The notes beneath the pieces were generated by a model that saw nothing but the letters and a program-made list of their open reading frames with translations, searched no databases and was not told the DNA's origin. A stretch of 64,000 nucleotides of DNA from Octopus sinensis. Its lineage: Eukaryota. Made by a program: the position numbers and the translations under genes. Of this stretch, positions 41,515-54,899 are shown piece by piece. The stretch is taken from contig NC_043004.1 of the NCBI RefSeq assembly GCF_006345805.1, forward strand, positions 52,452,001-52,516,000. Reading direction: 5' to 3'. Numbering within the stretch: position 1 is the stretch's first letter; every line of letters starts with the position of its first letter.

Positions 41515-41870
41515 TCAACTGGTACTTATTTTACTGACCTCAAAATTATCAAAGGCACAATCGACCGCGGTGGTATTTGAACACAGCACGTAAAGATGGA
41601 CGAAATAGCTCTAGGCATGTTCCTCACCCTTCTAAAGATTCTACAAGTGCGCCGCCTCACAAGAACATAAGATTGCTTTTAAATTTTGGCAAAGGTTAGA
41701 GAGAAAGGAAGTCGATTACCTCAACTCCAGTAATCAATTGGTAATTATTTTATCGAACCCGAAATGTAAAGTCGATCCTTGCGTTTTTGAACTCTAAACG
41801 TGAACACGGAAGAAATGCCACTAAGCATTTTGTTCGACGTACCACAGATTATGCCAGTTCTCTTAATTAC
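41515..41870 (-). mobile_element. SINE family C, two diverged tandem copies
   Basis: CTGGTACTTATTTTA..GGTATTTGAAC and GGTAATTATTTTATCGAACCCGAAATG..CTAAGCATTTTG. Confidence 0.7.
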
Positions 41871-42879
41871 ATGAGCATAATATTATAAAAATAAACTAAA
41901 AATATAATTCATCAATTGTTCTAGATAGTGTTCATAAGGGCAACACGCCACCAACCAGTAAGTAGCAGTACAATTACTAACTCCCTTTGATATCATATTT
42001 CTATTTACACAGTCCCTCAAGCGATATTCCGTACAGTACACATTATATGTACTATCATAAGAACATCATGCATTACCAATTTCTACTACATTCACAACAA
42101 CATCTGAATCGCATACTTCGTGCAACCAAATGGATATGATTGCAATCTCACGTTGTCTGAGAAAGACGGCTCTGCAACCTCTTGCTGAACAACCTGCACA
42201 AAGGATTTGTTTACAGTGATCAAATGTTTGTGCTGTACATTAGTTCCCTACGCCCATCAAATCAACATTGTCTGAACAGGTGTGTGGTGTATCACACGTC
42301 AGGTGTCGAAGTGATCGAAGAGTAACATCAGATGAACGCGCAATCCGTTCCAGAAATTCAAACTTTGATCCCGCAATCGTGAGTATAACCATATGTCCCT
42401 CAAGCAAATGTATATTCGATCATTCGTACTAACACTTCAGTCTATATACACCATATACTATGATGACTGATATTACGCAGGCTGAATTATGAAACAACAT
42501 ACTGCAACAACTATCACTATTTCACAGACTGCAGTGTACTACACATCCATTCATATATAGCCATCAACACAGTTACAACCATCATATCTTCATAAAGCAT
42601 GCTGCATACTAGCACCACGTCATACAATATCAGCGTCACCAACACTCCACCCTTAACACACAACATTATCACACAATACTGCTACCATTACGCCATCAAC
42701 AATATACCGATACACCCCATGTTACGAATCCTTTACCATTCATTACATCTGCGCACACTCTTACAACCTATCCAACCGCGACATTTCCTGCTGTTCCTTT
42801 CGCCCATTCTCTCTGATTCTGTCCTTGTCAAGTATTTTATTATCATTGTTATTAAGAAGATGAGCTGGAAGAATCACTA

Positions 42880-43065
42880 GCATGTCTGGCAAAATTCTTT
42901 ATGGTATTTCGTCCGTCTTGATGTTCTGCGTTCAAATTCCGCCGAGGTGACCTTGACTTTCATCTTTTCGAGATCGATAAATTAAGTACCACTTAAGTAC
43001 TGGGATCAATGCAATTGACTTACCCCAACTCTAAAAGTGCTGGCCTTGTGCCAAATTTTAAAATC
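42880..43065 (+). mobile_element. SINE family C
   Basis: GTTCAAATTCCGCCGAGGTGACCTTGACTTTCATC..GATAAATTAAGTACC..GCTGGCCTTGTGCC. Confidence 0.8.
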
Positions 43066-44789
43066 CTTATTATTATTATTATTATTGTTATATTATCATT
43101 TTTATTACTTTGCTGGTCTTCTCCATTCTAACCTACCTACTTTCTGTACTGTCAATAAACTTTTCTCTCTGAATATCGCCAACTTATAAATATTGTTGGC
43201 CGTCCTCAGCCACATTATCCCTACTTAATTTCTACCGTTGTCATCTGATGCTCCCCATTCCCTGCTGCCCCTAATTATGATATTTCAATATTTCTCACCT
43301 GTTCTCTGTCTCCCACTCTCCCATACACTCTTGTAACATTTAATCATCCACATTTCCTCTTCTCATATACTCACTAACCTCTACTCATTTCTTATCTTGT
43401 GGGTACACACTGACACCTCACAACAACTATTGTAATCTGTTTCCACATCATCCAAAAAATTTTCTAGCCTCCCTACACCATGAAATTGTTTCTTGCTCTG
43501 TTTCTCACACTAATCTCTTACCTTAAAACACAAAGGCACTATTCTACTGTAGCTCCACTTTAGTAGAAAGATATGTTAGTCGTGCTGACTGCTTGGTCAC
43601 ACCATTAATGCTGGTGCCAAGAGAAAATCACACAGTACAATTGTAATATGGCTGGCATTAAGAAGTTCAGAAAGCTATAGAAACCACGCCACAGTAGACA
43701 ATTACTCACGATGCTGTAACTGGATCTGTCGAATCCTATCATAACATCCAACTCATGCCATCACGGAACAAGCACCTTAATTAATGATGATATTTATGAT
43801 AATTACACCTCGCCGCTACATACACCAAACAATCACTTCACATCTATTGTCACTCACTCAACAATATACTCCCACAAAATACTATAACTATCAGGCCATC
43901 ACACTGATAGTATTGGACCGCTGTAATAATTATGTGAACCTGAGATGGAAACATGTTGACTAAAACCGTAATTAACTGATCCTCTCGTATTTTCTTTTAC
44001 TCAAAGCCAGGAAATGTTCAGCACTCACTCGTATATCCACACCATGCCGATGTCATATATCACTTCGGTTTAACCAGAAAACCACGTTACCACCATCACC
44101 TGAAATATCACAACACCACAGAAATAAGACACACAACAGCACTTCACCATACTACTACTTTAACAGCGAATGACAACGCTCTATACCGCAACCTGTATCG
44201 TTCTAGAAAAAACAAAATCGCAAGTCATTTATATCGATCAAACAAATTCATTATGAATGTACTTTAATACCTTATAATGAGGGAGGTTCTTAGCGGGGAA
44301 GGAGAAATATGTGGTAGCGTTGATAATGATGGTGGTGGTGGTGGTGGTGGTGGTGGAAGTGGTAATGCTCATCCCGATGGTAATAGTGGTAGGTATAATG
44401 AATAATGAAGAGGTATGTGGGCTGTGTGGAGTGGTAATCGTACATTGGGGTGTGGTGAAAGTGTGGAGTGATGATGGATAGATTAGTAGTGTTAGTGGTG
44501 GTGGTAGTAGTGAGAAGTTCTAATAACGCTGGCAAGGGTGTTCATTGTGGATTTGTGTTAGTGTAAAGTATTGATAGTAGCAGGATTGGTGTTCGATACA
44601 TTTATAATAGTTTTTACTGGTGGCGGTGAGATAGAGGTGATGAATCATAGTATCGGAGAAGTGAAGAAGAGTAGAGTTGATGGCGGGAGGTGTATGGGTG
44701 TGGGAAATTTGTAGTAGTGGCAGTAGCAGCAGCAGCAGCAGTAGTAAAGGTGATGGTGGTGTTGGTGTTGGTGTTGGTGGTGGTATTGC

Positions 44790-45030
44790 TTAGTCAACAG
44801 TACTCCGTGAGGAGCATAGAGCTGGTCTTCCGGTTTCTCTAGCGTATGTAATCCTCACAGGATAGGACGCTAGTCCGTCGCAGGACTACTCCTAGTCATC
44901 AGCTGACAGAACTGGAGCAACATGAAATGAAGTGCTTAACTCTAGAACACGACGCATCTTTCCGACCAAGAATCGAAACCACACCCTTACGTTCATGAAT
45001 TCATCGCTTTAACCGCCGAGCTTTACACAT
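44790..45030 (-). mobile_element. SINE family D, diverged
   Basis: tRNA-head-like AAGAATCGAAACCACACCCTTACG and body CTGGAGCAACATGAAATGAAGTG. Related to 54.03-54.34 kb. Confidence 0.6.
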
Positions 45031-45267
45031 CCACATTGGTGGTAGTAGTGGTGGTAAATTGGCTGTGGTATAAATATTTTACAGAGAGAGTCCTACTGAT
45101 GACGATGACAAAGATAACCATAGGGTAGATCTTTACAATAGTAAGAATAATATAGAGTAAAGGGTGTTTTCCCGGCGTAGTTAACATGTTATTTTAGTCT
45201 AAGCGAACAAAGTCTCATAACCTAAATATACCTGCTTTTGTGGAAAATATTCGAAACTCACTCCGAA

Positions 45268-45308
45268 TGTCGGAGTGCTTTGTGTTCACAGCACAAAGCA
45301 CTCCGACA
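45268..45308. repeat. Perfect 17-bp hairpin
   Basis: TGTCGGAGTGCTTTGTG-ttcacag-CACAAAGCACTCCGACA. Confidence 0.9.
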
Positions 45309-45891
45309 CAGTTTACACTTTCTTAAACTTCCTCTTAATTAAAAACAATTAAAAATATGCTGCAAAATTCCACTTCTTCCTCGTCTTCTACAAAATGTAT
45401 GCAATGGGATCCAGCGAAGATCTTCATTTAACGACTCTTACTCGCGAACAAGCATCTCCAAGAAGCACATTTATAAAATATTTTCAATAGTTAATTTCTG
45501 AGACATACGTTATGTTATATATTTTAGTTATAAAGTTGGGGTCAGCCCATATATAGATTTTATTCTCCCCGCCACTCAGATTTTTATTGTTTGGTAAGAA
45601 GAAACTTCAAGAAATTTACCTCTAAGGTACTTCCCCCCACCCACTTTTTCAAGTATATCAGCTTCCACTATGGCTCTCTGGACTCCTCCAAATCACCAGT
45701 AAGACAGGTAGGCGATCATATGTATTCTTGTATCAAACGTATATATATATCACTTCACATGTACCTGAAGTCATTGTCCTCAGTGATTTTAATGTTTACA
45801 ATAAATCTTGATTTTTGAACTCACCCTTCAATCATGCTGCTGTTACCTAAAGTAAATACTTTATAACCGTCAACTGATTATATTGGATGGA

Positions 45892-46268
45892 AGCACTCCG
45901 TCGGTTACGACGACGAGGGTTCCGGTTGATCCGATCAACGGAACAGCCTGCTCGTGAAATTAACGTGTGAGTGGCTGAGCACTCCACAGACACGTGTACC
46001 CTTAACGTAGTTCTCGGGGATATTCAGCGTGACACAGAGAGTGACAAGGCCGGTCCTTTGAAATACAGGTACAACAGAAACAGGAAGTAAGAGTGAGAGA
46101 AAGTTGTGGTGAAAGAGTACAGCAGGGATTACCACCCCCTGCCGGAGCCTCGTGGAGCTTTTAGGTGTTTTCGCTTAATAAACACTCACAACGCCCGGTC
46201 TGGGAATCGAAACCGCGATCCTACGACCGCGAGTCCGCTGCCCTAACCACTGGGTCATTGCGCCTCCA
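45892..46268 (-). mobile_element. SINE family B, full length
   Basis: Minus strand TGGAGGCGCAATGACCCAGTGGTTAGGGCAGCGGACTCGCGG..CGATTCCCAGACC (tRNA-like head) through to ..GACGGAGTGCTTCC. Confidence 0.92.
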
Positions 46269-46634
46269 ATACTGATTATATTATCTCATATATAAATGTG
46301 AGTTGAAGAGATATTTCTGGAATAAATAAGTCGGTTTTGATTATTTGTATTGTTTTCAACATTTTGCCTATTGTGAATGTTCATGACTCCTTTTTAAAAC
46401 ATAATCTTGCAAATTAAGATACCAGGTTTTCCACTTATTATAAATTCAATCTCTCAAAGGAAACACTAGATAATAAATATTAAAATTGAACGTAGACGCT
46501 CCATTTTTAATACGACATATCAAAAGGTTAATCCTCGATGTATACGCACATGAATATGTGTGTGCGCGCTAATACTTTTTGTATCTTTAGCCATAGAGTT
46601 GCAGCCATACTGGGACACTGCTGTTTTCTTTGCT

Positions 46635-47100
46635 ACACTTTCACTCTGATGCAAAGCATCTGGTGAATGAGGGAGTTTGACGTTGCTGCCCTCATCTGTG
46701 TTTCTTGAGTTGAAGTAGGTTCATCTGGAGCTCTTAAAAGGAGATCCAGTTTTATTTTGAAAACGCCATGCGGGTCTCTCAGGCTTTGTGGGAGGATACC
46801 AAGGAGACGTGGACATTTGAAGCCCAAGCTGTTGCAGTATCTAGTCCTGTATCCTGAAGGGAATGCTGGGATATTTGGTACTATGCAGTGACGCACAGTC
46901 CTGCTGTTTGTATAACTGGCAATGCCGACTTTTGGTACAAGTTCATCTAGGATTTTCCAGATGTATATGACTGGGTATCTTTCCCACCTACGTTCTTGGG
47001 AGTAGACTTTTAACTTTTTCAGTCCCTCCCAGTAGCTGAAATATCGCATTGTGACGATCTTCTCCGTGTAGCTTCGCTGTATCGCTTCGAGTCCCGACGT
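46635..47100 (-). mobile_element. CR1/L2-group LINE ORF2 C-terminal fragment
   Basis: LEAIQRSYTEKI..Y.E.LKKLKVYSQERRWER..IYIWKIL..FKIKLD..PDEP..AATSNSLIHQM. Confidence 0.85.
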
Positions 47101-48021
47101 TAATTTTACACTGTTATTTGTATGTATGTTTGTATGTAAGTATCTATGTATGAATATGTACACATATTCATACATATATATGTTATGAGTGTGTCCTACT
47201 TAAAATAATAGTTGTATAATGGTGTTCAGCTAATAACATCTGATAATGAACGGGAGTAAATTCCTGAATATTATACGTGCCGGGTAAATAACATTAGATC
47301 CAATTATACATGAGGAAAGTACTTTAAATTAATAGTTGTTAAACGAAAATCAGCTTAGGTTCAGGATACTACAGTCATTCTCTACAAGTGATTAGCCTAT
47401 TTCTAAAAGCTGCCATCAACATAGATGACAAAATATAAGCAACACTTTTATTAATTAATATAAATGAATGTTTATTGTGATATTTACAGTCGGGTACATA
47501 TAGCATAAACCAGACATCGTCACATATAATCTATTTGATATACATCTAAACTATAACCAAAATATACCCCCAACACCAGTCACGTTGATCTCTTCATTTC
47601 ATCTGTAATTTTAATAATGATTATTTACCGGATACATATTGCTATGTGGCAGATGTAACTTTAACAATAACCATAGTAATATGAGGTATATGGAAATAGA
47701 TTTTGCTTTAGCATTTAGTAGTTTTGTATTAAATTTTCATTGAAATAACTAAATTTATTTATAGATTTAGATTCAGACAGCGTTTAAATAGTTCGATTTG
47801 CTTTTTTTTTTCTAATTTCTCACATGACTAGAAATTGTGTAGACATCGCTTGATGAATATAGAGTATATATTATTTATTAATGGAAAATACATCCGTACA
47901 TATATTGACAAATACACACGTAAATGTATATATGTACACACACACAGGGATACATATACACACATACACATTTATGCATATATATATAAAGGACAAAAAG
48001 AAAATGGAGATTGGGAAATTA

Positions 48022-48059
<38 letters not shown>

Positions 48060-48350
48060 GCATATACATACGTATACACACGTTCACACGCACATACATA
48101 TATGTATGTATGTATGTATCTGTATATTATACAAATGCGCACATATATCCAAACATATATGCGCCCACGCACATTCATGCTCACTTATGCATACGCGCAT
48201 ATGCACACATATACACTCGCAGAAAGACAGATAAGTAAATATTCACGAAACCCACTTCCATATTAAATTGACGTTCTATATTGTCATTTTTTTCTCTGCG
48301 CAGTAATTAAGTACTATGTCACTTATGTTAATAAGAACATAGTAATTGTC

Positions 48351-48407
<57 letters not shown>

Positions 48408-48410
48408 ATA

Positions 48411-49005
48411 TACAGATAAAGGGTGAAATAAATTAATTTAATAAAATCAATAAATTTAACCTCGCGGCATTTCGGTATGGAAAAGGACCATATTCGGTAA
48501 AAAATTTATATAATTATAATAAGGGTTTTTTTGCAACAAGTTGCTTAAACCACATGCCGAAAATATTAGAAATAGCAGTCAAAGGGCTACTATTTCTTTT
48601 ACTTCAAAAATAAGTCTCCACAAAACAACAGCATTCGTAACTCACAAATGGTAAAAGAAGAAAAACAACGAAACCACACAGTCTACTGGATTAATTATGG
48701 ACGTACGTTTCTGGATTAGAAACATAATAATTATCAACATAATAATTCCCATAAATCTAGAAATGCTAGGAAATACTTACCTTTTATATATTCGACCAAG
48801 CGACATCGAATGATACAAAAGTCCACTAGCATATTCACATTTATATAGACATGCGAATTCGTGTCTCCCTCCAAAATCCAATACTGCCGAAACGAAGTTT
48901 CGTAGTTTTGTTGTAGGGGAGTAAAAGTATTCAATACAGATAAAGGGTGAAATATAATTACTAGGTGAAATTTATTGATTTTATTAAATTAATTATATTT
49001 CACCC
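48411..49005 (-). mobile_element. Penelope-type terminal (pseudo-LTR) remnant with direct and inverted end repeats
   Basis: TACAGATAAAGGGTGAAATA at 48411 and 48935. 48421-48472 is inverted at 48963-49005. Contains a hammerhead motif and shares sequence with the 1.15-1.40 kb palindrome. Confidence 0.7.
48694..48743 (-). ncRNA. Minimal type I hammerhead motif, U3-A8 core, second family
   Basis: Minus strand: ATTATG | TTGATAA | TT-ATTA-tgtttc-TAAT-CCA | GAAAC-GTAC-GTC^ | CATAAT. Stem I is 6 bp, stem III is palindromic (ACGTACGT), and the base of stem II is imperfect. Confidence 0.75.
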
Positions 49006-49135
49006 CCTGCCGGAGCCTCGTGGAGCTTTAGGTGTTTTCGCTCAACAAACACAGACAACGCCCGGTCTGGGAATCGAAACTGCGATCCTCCGACCGCGAG
49101 TCCGCTGCCCTAACCACTGGGCCTTTGCACCCTCC
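49001..49135 (-). mobile_element. SINE family B, head only
   Basis: Matches 46136-46268. Confidence 0.88.
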
Positions 49136-49224
49136 CCTTGTTTTTGATATCTAGGTACATCGTACTTGCTTAACTTCCTTAAAGACAGCTTTGTTGATGA
49201 GGAGCAGGGCAGAAGAGACCCATA

Positions 49225-49385
49225 TTCCTTTTTAAACACTGGTTTCAAATTTTGGCACACGGCCAGCTTTTTGGGGGGAGGAGGTAAGCTGGTTACATTG
49301 ACCCCAGTGTTCAAATGGTACTTAATTTATCAACTCCGAAAGGATTTGAGTCAAAGTCAACCCCGGCGTCATTTGAACTCATGTG
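49225..49385 (-). mobile_element. SINE family C fragment
   Basis: GGTACTTAATTTATCAACTCCGAAAGG..AAAGTCAACCCCGGCGTCATTTGAACTC. Confidence 0.75.
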
Positions 49386-50432
49386 CTCATCAATAATGTT
49401 AAAAGACAATAGAAAGCAACAGTTAAAAAGAAAACGTGACTTGTGCTCTGCATAATGTTTGCTTTTAATGTTCTTTTTCTGCGGGATTCTTGCTTACCTG
49501 CTGCTCAATGCATTTGCATGTATTTTTGTGGCCTTATGTAGATTCCTCAGTGTGTGTGTATGTGTGTGTGTCTGTGTGTGTGTGCGTGTGTGTGTGTGTG
49601 TGTGAACTGATTTCACTTTTACTGTGAATGCATTAAATAACATTGATTGTCTTGTTAGTTAGTTAAAACATGTAGGTTGTTTTAGGATAATTGTTTTTTA
49701 TCAAGATTACATCTGGTTGTGATGGTGACGAGAAAGATGACTGTGGAATCTTAACTGGAAAGGCAATGGGAGTAATGGCCGCACAAATGTCAGTGGAACT
49801 GGTATTGATTCAAGTGGGATGAATTTATGGGGTCGGCGGTGATTAAGGAATACTTTAAAGTAGAAATGATGTTGCGTTACAGTATGGTAATGATGTTGGA
49901 TATGATGCAGGTGTAGATGGTAGTGGTTGTGACCATGGCGATGTAGTGATGACGGTAGTGGTGAGGGTGGTGTAGGAGATGGTCGTGGTTGTGATGATCT
50001 TGATGTTTATTAAGGATGTGTTGTTGATATTAATGTTGATGATGATAGTTGTGATTGTTGTGGTTGTGGTTGTGGATTTTGTTGTTGTGTTGGCTGTGGT
50101 GATAGTGGTGATGGTCATGTTGGCAATGTTTCAAACGATTTAGGCTCAATTCTAGTGCATTCAATTATAGCTCTCAGCTGGTCCTAACTATTCGAAGAGG
50201 GCAACCAGAAGGGAGCACACTGATTGAGATTATACAGTTTTTAAGTATAATGGGGATGTTTTTCAAAAAATATTTCTTAAAGTAAGTTATATAATATTTT
50301 ATCAGGATGTTACTAACCTCATTTGCAAGAAGATTATTACCTAGTGTGTGTAAACGCTTTCGATTAACCTGTTCAAACACACGTGCTCTTAGTTGAATAT
50401 ATAAATATATATATTTATATATATATATATAC

Positions 50433-50524
<92 letters not shown>

Positions 50525-51311
50525 TATATGTATGTATTTTAGATATCTCGATCGCAATTGACACAAGATTATTGTAAACGGTTTGGGGTGATTTTCAAAA
50601 TACAAGGTCTTAGCAATTGAAATAAGCAGGGTGTTGGGCGTAGGAGTGAAAAGAGTACCGAAAAAAACTGGAGTTGTAGTATAAGTTATGAAGAAAACAT
50701 TAGGAACCATACAAAGAGTGTCAGCATTACTATCAATCCGAAATATTGCGCCGCTAAAGAAAAATTTGGTCTTTTGCATGAAGTGTTCTGTTTAGTAGCA
50801 CAAATCACCTCGCTCTTAACAATACAGGTTATACCTTATGAAATAATAGAGCCAAGAAAATAACAAGACATGTTCAATATCAAACAAAATTTCAGAATAC
50901 ATATACTTCCCTGCTATAGTAGTAATGACACAACTCATAAGTTATAAACGTGCCATTACAAACCAAAAACACTTGCTCTTTATAATAACTGATGGAATTC
51001 AAACATAGTATAGCAATGACGCAGTACGTACGAAGCGAAGACACGATCCATTCAACTAAAATAAATTCGCATAACATATTCAACGCAACATACAGAATAC
51101 TAAATGAACACCAGAAACAGAAAGATCAAAATCAAAAACCAAAACCAACTCGAACGGATGTGTTCTATAAACAATACAAATATAATTTTACATTCTGAAA
51201 AGACGATGCCGCAAGCCTTTCAGATAGTCGGATGTTCATCTGTTTGTCAGTGAACACAAAATAGAACTGTTGAAAACGTGATAATTATATTTTTCTTCAA
51301 CATTCCACAAG

Positions 51312-51373
51312 GTCATGGCTTGAAGGAACAAATTACAAATGGTGAGAATTTCTATGGTATCATGCGGAAGCAA
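51312..51373 (+). CDS. Candidate internal exon (xHGLKEQITNGENFYGIMRKQ), product unknown
   Basis: Acceptor TTTTTCTTCAACATTCCACAAG and donor CAA|GTAAGT. 62 nt, with only one of three frames open. No homology recognised. Confidence 0.3.
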
Positions 51374-52686
51374 GTAAGTGAAGCAGCATTTCTGTAATGC
51401 TAAACGGCATGAACCATTACTATGGCATGACATCCACCTCCTGCTAATCCAGCTAACAACTGAATTGGTCTTTCGAAGCTTTATCTTCCGTCCTTTATAT
51501 GCACGCTGAAAGTAGGCGTGTTCATGAGGACCATATCGTCACTGGCTTTCAACAAACTGATTGAAGGACACTACTTTTGTTTAGAGAACGCACGTCTTCC
51601 TTTTACATCTGGAAATTGAAGAGGTCGATAAAAACTTGAAAGCAAAGAAAAATGTCTGTCAATCATGCAAACACTTGTGCCGTAATTATGGACAATGGAA
51701 AACTGCCCGAAAGCCTGTGCTAAGAAAGGTTTCGGTGATTTACACGCTCGAGGGTTGACCCCTGTCCCAGAACTTGTAAATGTCTGAAGAAGTTATTTCC
51801 TAGCATGAATTTCTCCTGGAAGATGTCTTTCTTCCTTTGGTGATAAGTACTCTGGATCAGAGTACTCAAGTCGTAGATATTTTGTTTACGTGAGCATCAG
51901 GAAACATACACTAACCATTATTATATTACATGCGGTCATGTTCACATCGCTAATGGTTCTGCCTCAGACTAAGGTTAAACTTGATGACTATTTCAAGCGA
52001 ACGTACCATTGTGGATTAACCGTAGGAATCATATGCACAGCGAATTTATAATATTTGCATAGGAAATATTTGCATTCGATTTATACACTACAAAAGCATT
52101 TGTCCATAAACTAAATATTTTACATGTGTATACATAGCAAAAACTGCTGAGGGATTTTTAAAGACATACAGAAAGCAAAACATGCGTTTTACTGTAAACT
52201 ACACTATACATACATACACACATTCGTACACACATCATCACTTTATACACGAGCTCATGTACTTACAAAGGATGGGACTGAAAGATTTCTCATTATATAA
52301 ACTGATTGAGTCACCAACGTCTGTTGAAATAATTCATGTCAGATTGGCAACTGAATTCTGAAGAAGATTCTAGAACACAAACATAAACACACGGAAAGCG
52401 GTCTTCATGAATAAATATGATATAATTTAATAGGATCGTTGTTTACTATTTTGTATTTCCCTTTCTTGTTTTTGTTATATTGTTTCAATGTAATTAATAT
52501 CCCGCTACAACAGTTTTTTTTTTTATTTCATCATTACACCATATTTTTTTCTCTCTATTTGTTTTAATCTAATCAAACAGCACAGACAAAAATATATTTT
52601 CGTCATACAGGATTAGCGCAGGCGTTGTTACGTGTTTATATAATCTCGCTTTTGTTGCTCTTGATGCTTTTATTTTCTTTTTTTAG

Positions 52687-52735
52687 ATCCAAGTTATTTT
52701 GATCGAGCAAACCCACCGTAAAATGAATCCCATCA
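52687..52735 (+). CDS. Candidate exon (IQVILIEQTHRKMNPI or DPSYFDRANPP*), product unknown
   Basis: Long polypyrimidine tract ending TTTTTTTAG, and donor CA|GTGAGT. Phase 0 is compatible with 51312-51373. Confidence 0.3.
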
Positions 52736-53514
52736 GTGAGTATCAGGTCATTTTTATAATGCAAAGTTATATTTTCTGTGTCATTCTCCTTTTCTTTGAA
52801 AGACCAAAATTATTTCCGTTGGTGTGCCTCTTATGTATTATTCTTTGGGCAACTCCGGGCAAATTTACCGTTTCATATGACTTAATTTCTTGTCTAGAAA
52901 TGCACAGATTTAATCGATTACTATTTGACTGACCATCATCATTGGTGATACACATCAAATGATTTAATCCATGAAAAAAAAAATTAAGCTAGTATATGGT
53001 CACCACTTCAACGTCAAATCCCTCCTTGGGTTCCTAAAATAATGTTACATTTTAAAATGTATCCTTTGATATACTAAACGAGTACAAATGTCATAGTTGC
53101 CACTAATGTTCTTCCACGATAGTTCTCTTAATTTGCTTTTGTTGTTTAAGTGCAGATCAACTCGACCTAGGTGGTAATGTATTCCATGCATAAATATCTC
53201 GTATTATGTTTGAGTACTGATTATCTAGAAATAACAAATAAAGCGTAAGCTTCCCTTTTCAAGTTTACTGTCATTTGTAACAAACTGAGCACCAAGCTTA
53301 ATTGTTAGTTACAGTTCTGTTGTATTGGAGGAATAAGTAATAACTGCGATAGAATTGTTCTGACACTTATCCCTCAGACCCTATAGGAGTAATTAATTGT
53401 CCGTAATCTCAAGAGGGCATCAGTGGTTCTATGGGACCACAAGTTCATACACTGTTATTGACATTATGGTTTCACAATCAACAAGACGACACTTATAGGG
53501 TTTCGTTAACAAAA

Positions 53515-53905
53515 TGAATATTCTTTTCCACTCTAGGCACAAAGCTCGAAATTTTGGGGGAGGGTCCAGACGATTAGATCGACCCCAGTACGCAACTGGT
53601 ACTTAATTTATCGACTTCGAAAGGATGAAAGGCAAAGTTGACCTCGGTGGAATTTGAACGTAATGACAGACGAAATATCTCTAAGCATTTTGCCCGGCGT
53701 GCTAACGTTTCTTATTTCTTTATCGTCCACAAGGGGCTAAACACAGAGGGGACAAACAAGGAGTGACGAATGGATTAAGTCGATTACATAAACTCAGTGC
53801 GTAACTGGTACTTAATTTATCGACCCCGAAAGGATGAAAGTCGACCTCGGCGGAATTTGAGCTCAGAATGTAACGGCAGACGAAATACCGGAAAGCATTT
53901 CGCCT
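53515..53905 (-). mobile_element. SINE family C, two tandem copies
   Basis: GTGCGTAACTGGTACTTAATTTATCGACCCCGAAAGGATGAAAG..GACCTCGGCGGAATTTGA is repeated. Confidence 0.88.
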
Positions 53906-54024
53906 TCGACAAAATAAACATTGCTACTCTAAATGTAGGCTGGATACACTTCAGTGCTGGGTGTGTTTTTCATTTTTACTGCAATGCACATATATATACA
54001 CAAATACACACACACAAACACACA

Positions 54025-54345
54025 CACATGTCTCAGTCGTCTCAGCGCCGGGCTCACAGTCATGAGGTAGAAATTTCAATTTCCGGGCTGTGTGTGTTGT
54101 GTTCTTGAGCAAAACACGTTATTCCACGTTGCTTCTGTTCACTGAACTGTAGAAATGAGATGCGACATCACTGCAGCCAAACTGTATCAAGCTCTGTCTT
54201 TCACATGGTTAACATCGGTGGCATGGAGAGTGGAAGTTGGTATGGGTGACTGCTGCTAGTCTTCCATAAACAACTTCGCGCTGAGTTGTGCCTCGAGTAG
54301 TGGGAAACTTTCCAGGTGCACTCCCATGATTATCAATGGCGGAAG
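54025..54345 (+). mobile_element. SINE family D-like, diverged
   Basis: tRNA-like head remnant followed by GTGTTCTTGAGCAAAACAC..TTCCACGTTGCT. Confidence 0.55.
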
Positions 54346-54390
54346 AGGAGTTTTACCCATTTACACTCACCTACAGAAGTATATGCATAT

Positions 54391-54601
54391 TCTTTTACTT
54401 GTTTCAGTCATTTGACTGCGGCCATGCCGGAGCACCGCCTTTAATCGAGCAACTCGACCCAGGGACTTATTCTTTTGTAAGCCCAGTACTTATTCCATCG
54501 TTCCCTTTTGCCGAACCGCTAAGTAACGGGGACATAAACACACCAGCATCGGTTGTCAAGCAATGCTAGGGAGACAAACACAGAGACACAAACACACACA
54601 C

Positions 54602-54643
<42 letters not shown>

Positions 54644-54805
54644 GTACGACGGGCTTCTTTCAGTATCCGTCTACCAAATCTACTCACACGGCTTTGGTCG
54701 GCCCGAGGCTATGGTAGAAGACACTTGCCCAAGGTGCCACGCAGTGGGACTGAACCCGGAACCATGTGGTTGGTAAACAAGCTACTTACCACCAGCCACT
54801 CCTGT
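54391..54805 (-). mobile_element. SINE family A, full length
   Basis: Close match to 21528-21910. Confidence 0.92.
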
Positions 54806-54899
54806 GTATGTATGTATGCCTGTATGTTTATACGAGTGAGTAGACAAACAGAAGGAAAATCCACTCAAAACATTTAGTAGAAGTTATATGTATTATTAG

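Noticed and set aside
46190-46268. tRNA genes (also at 13.4, 21.8, 31.7, 49.0, 54.7 and 56.0 kb)
   Set aside because: The box A/B motifs are SINE heads continuous with SINE bodies, with no complete cloverleaf.
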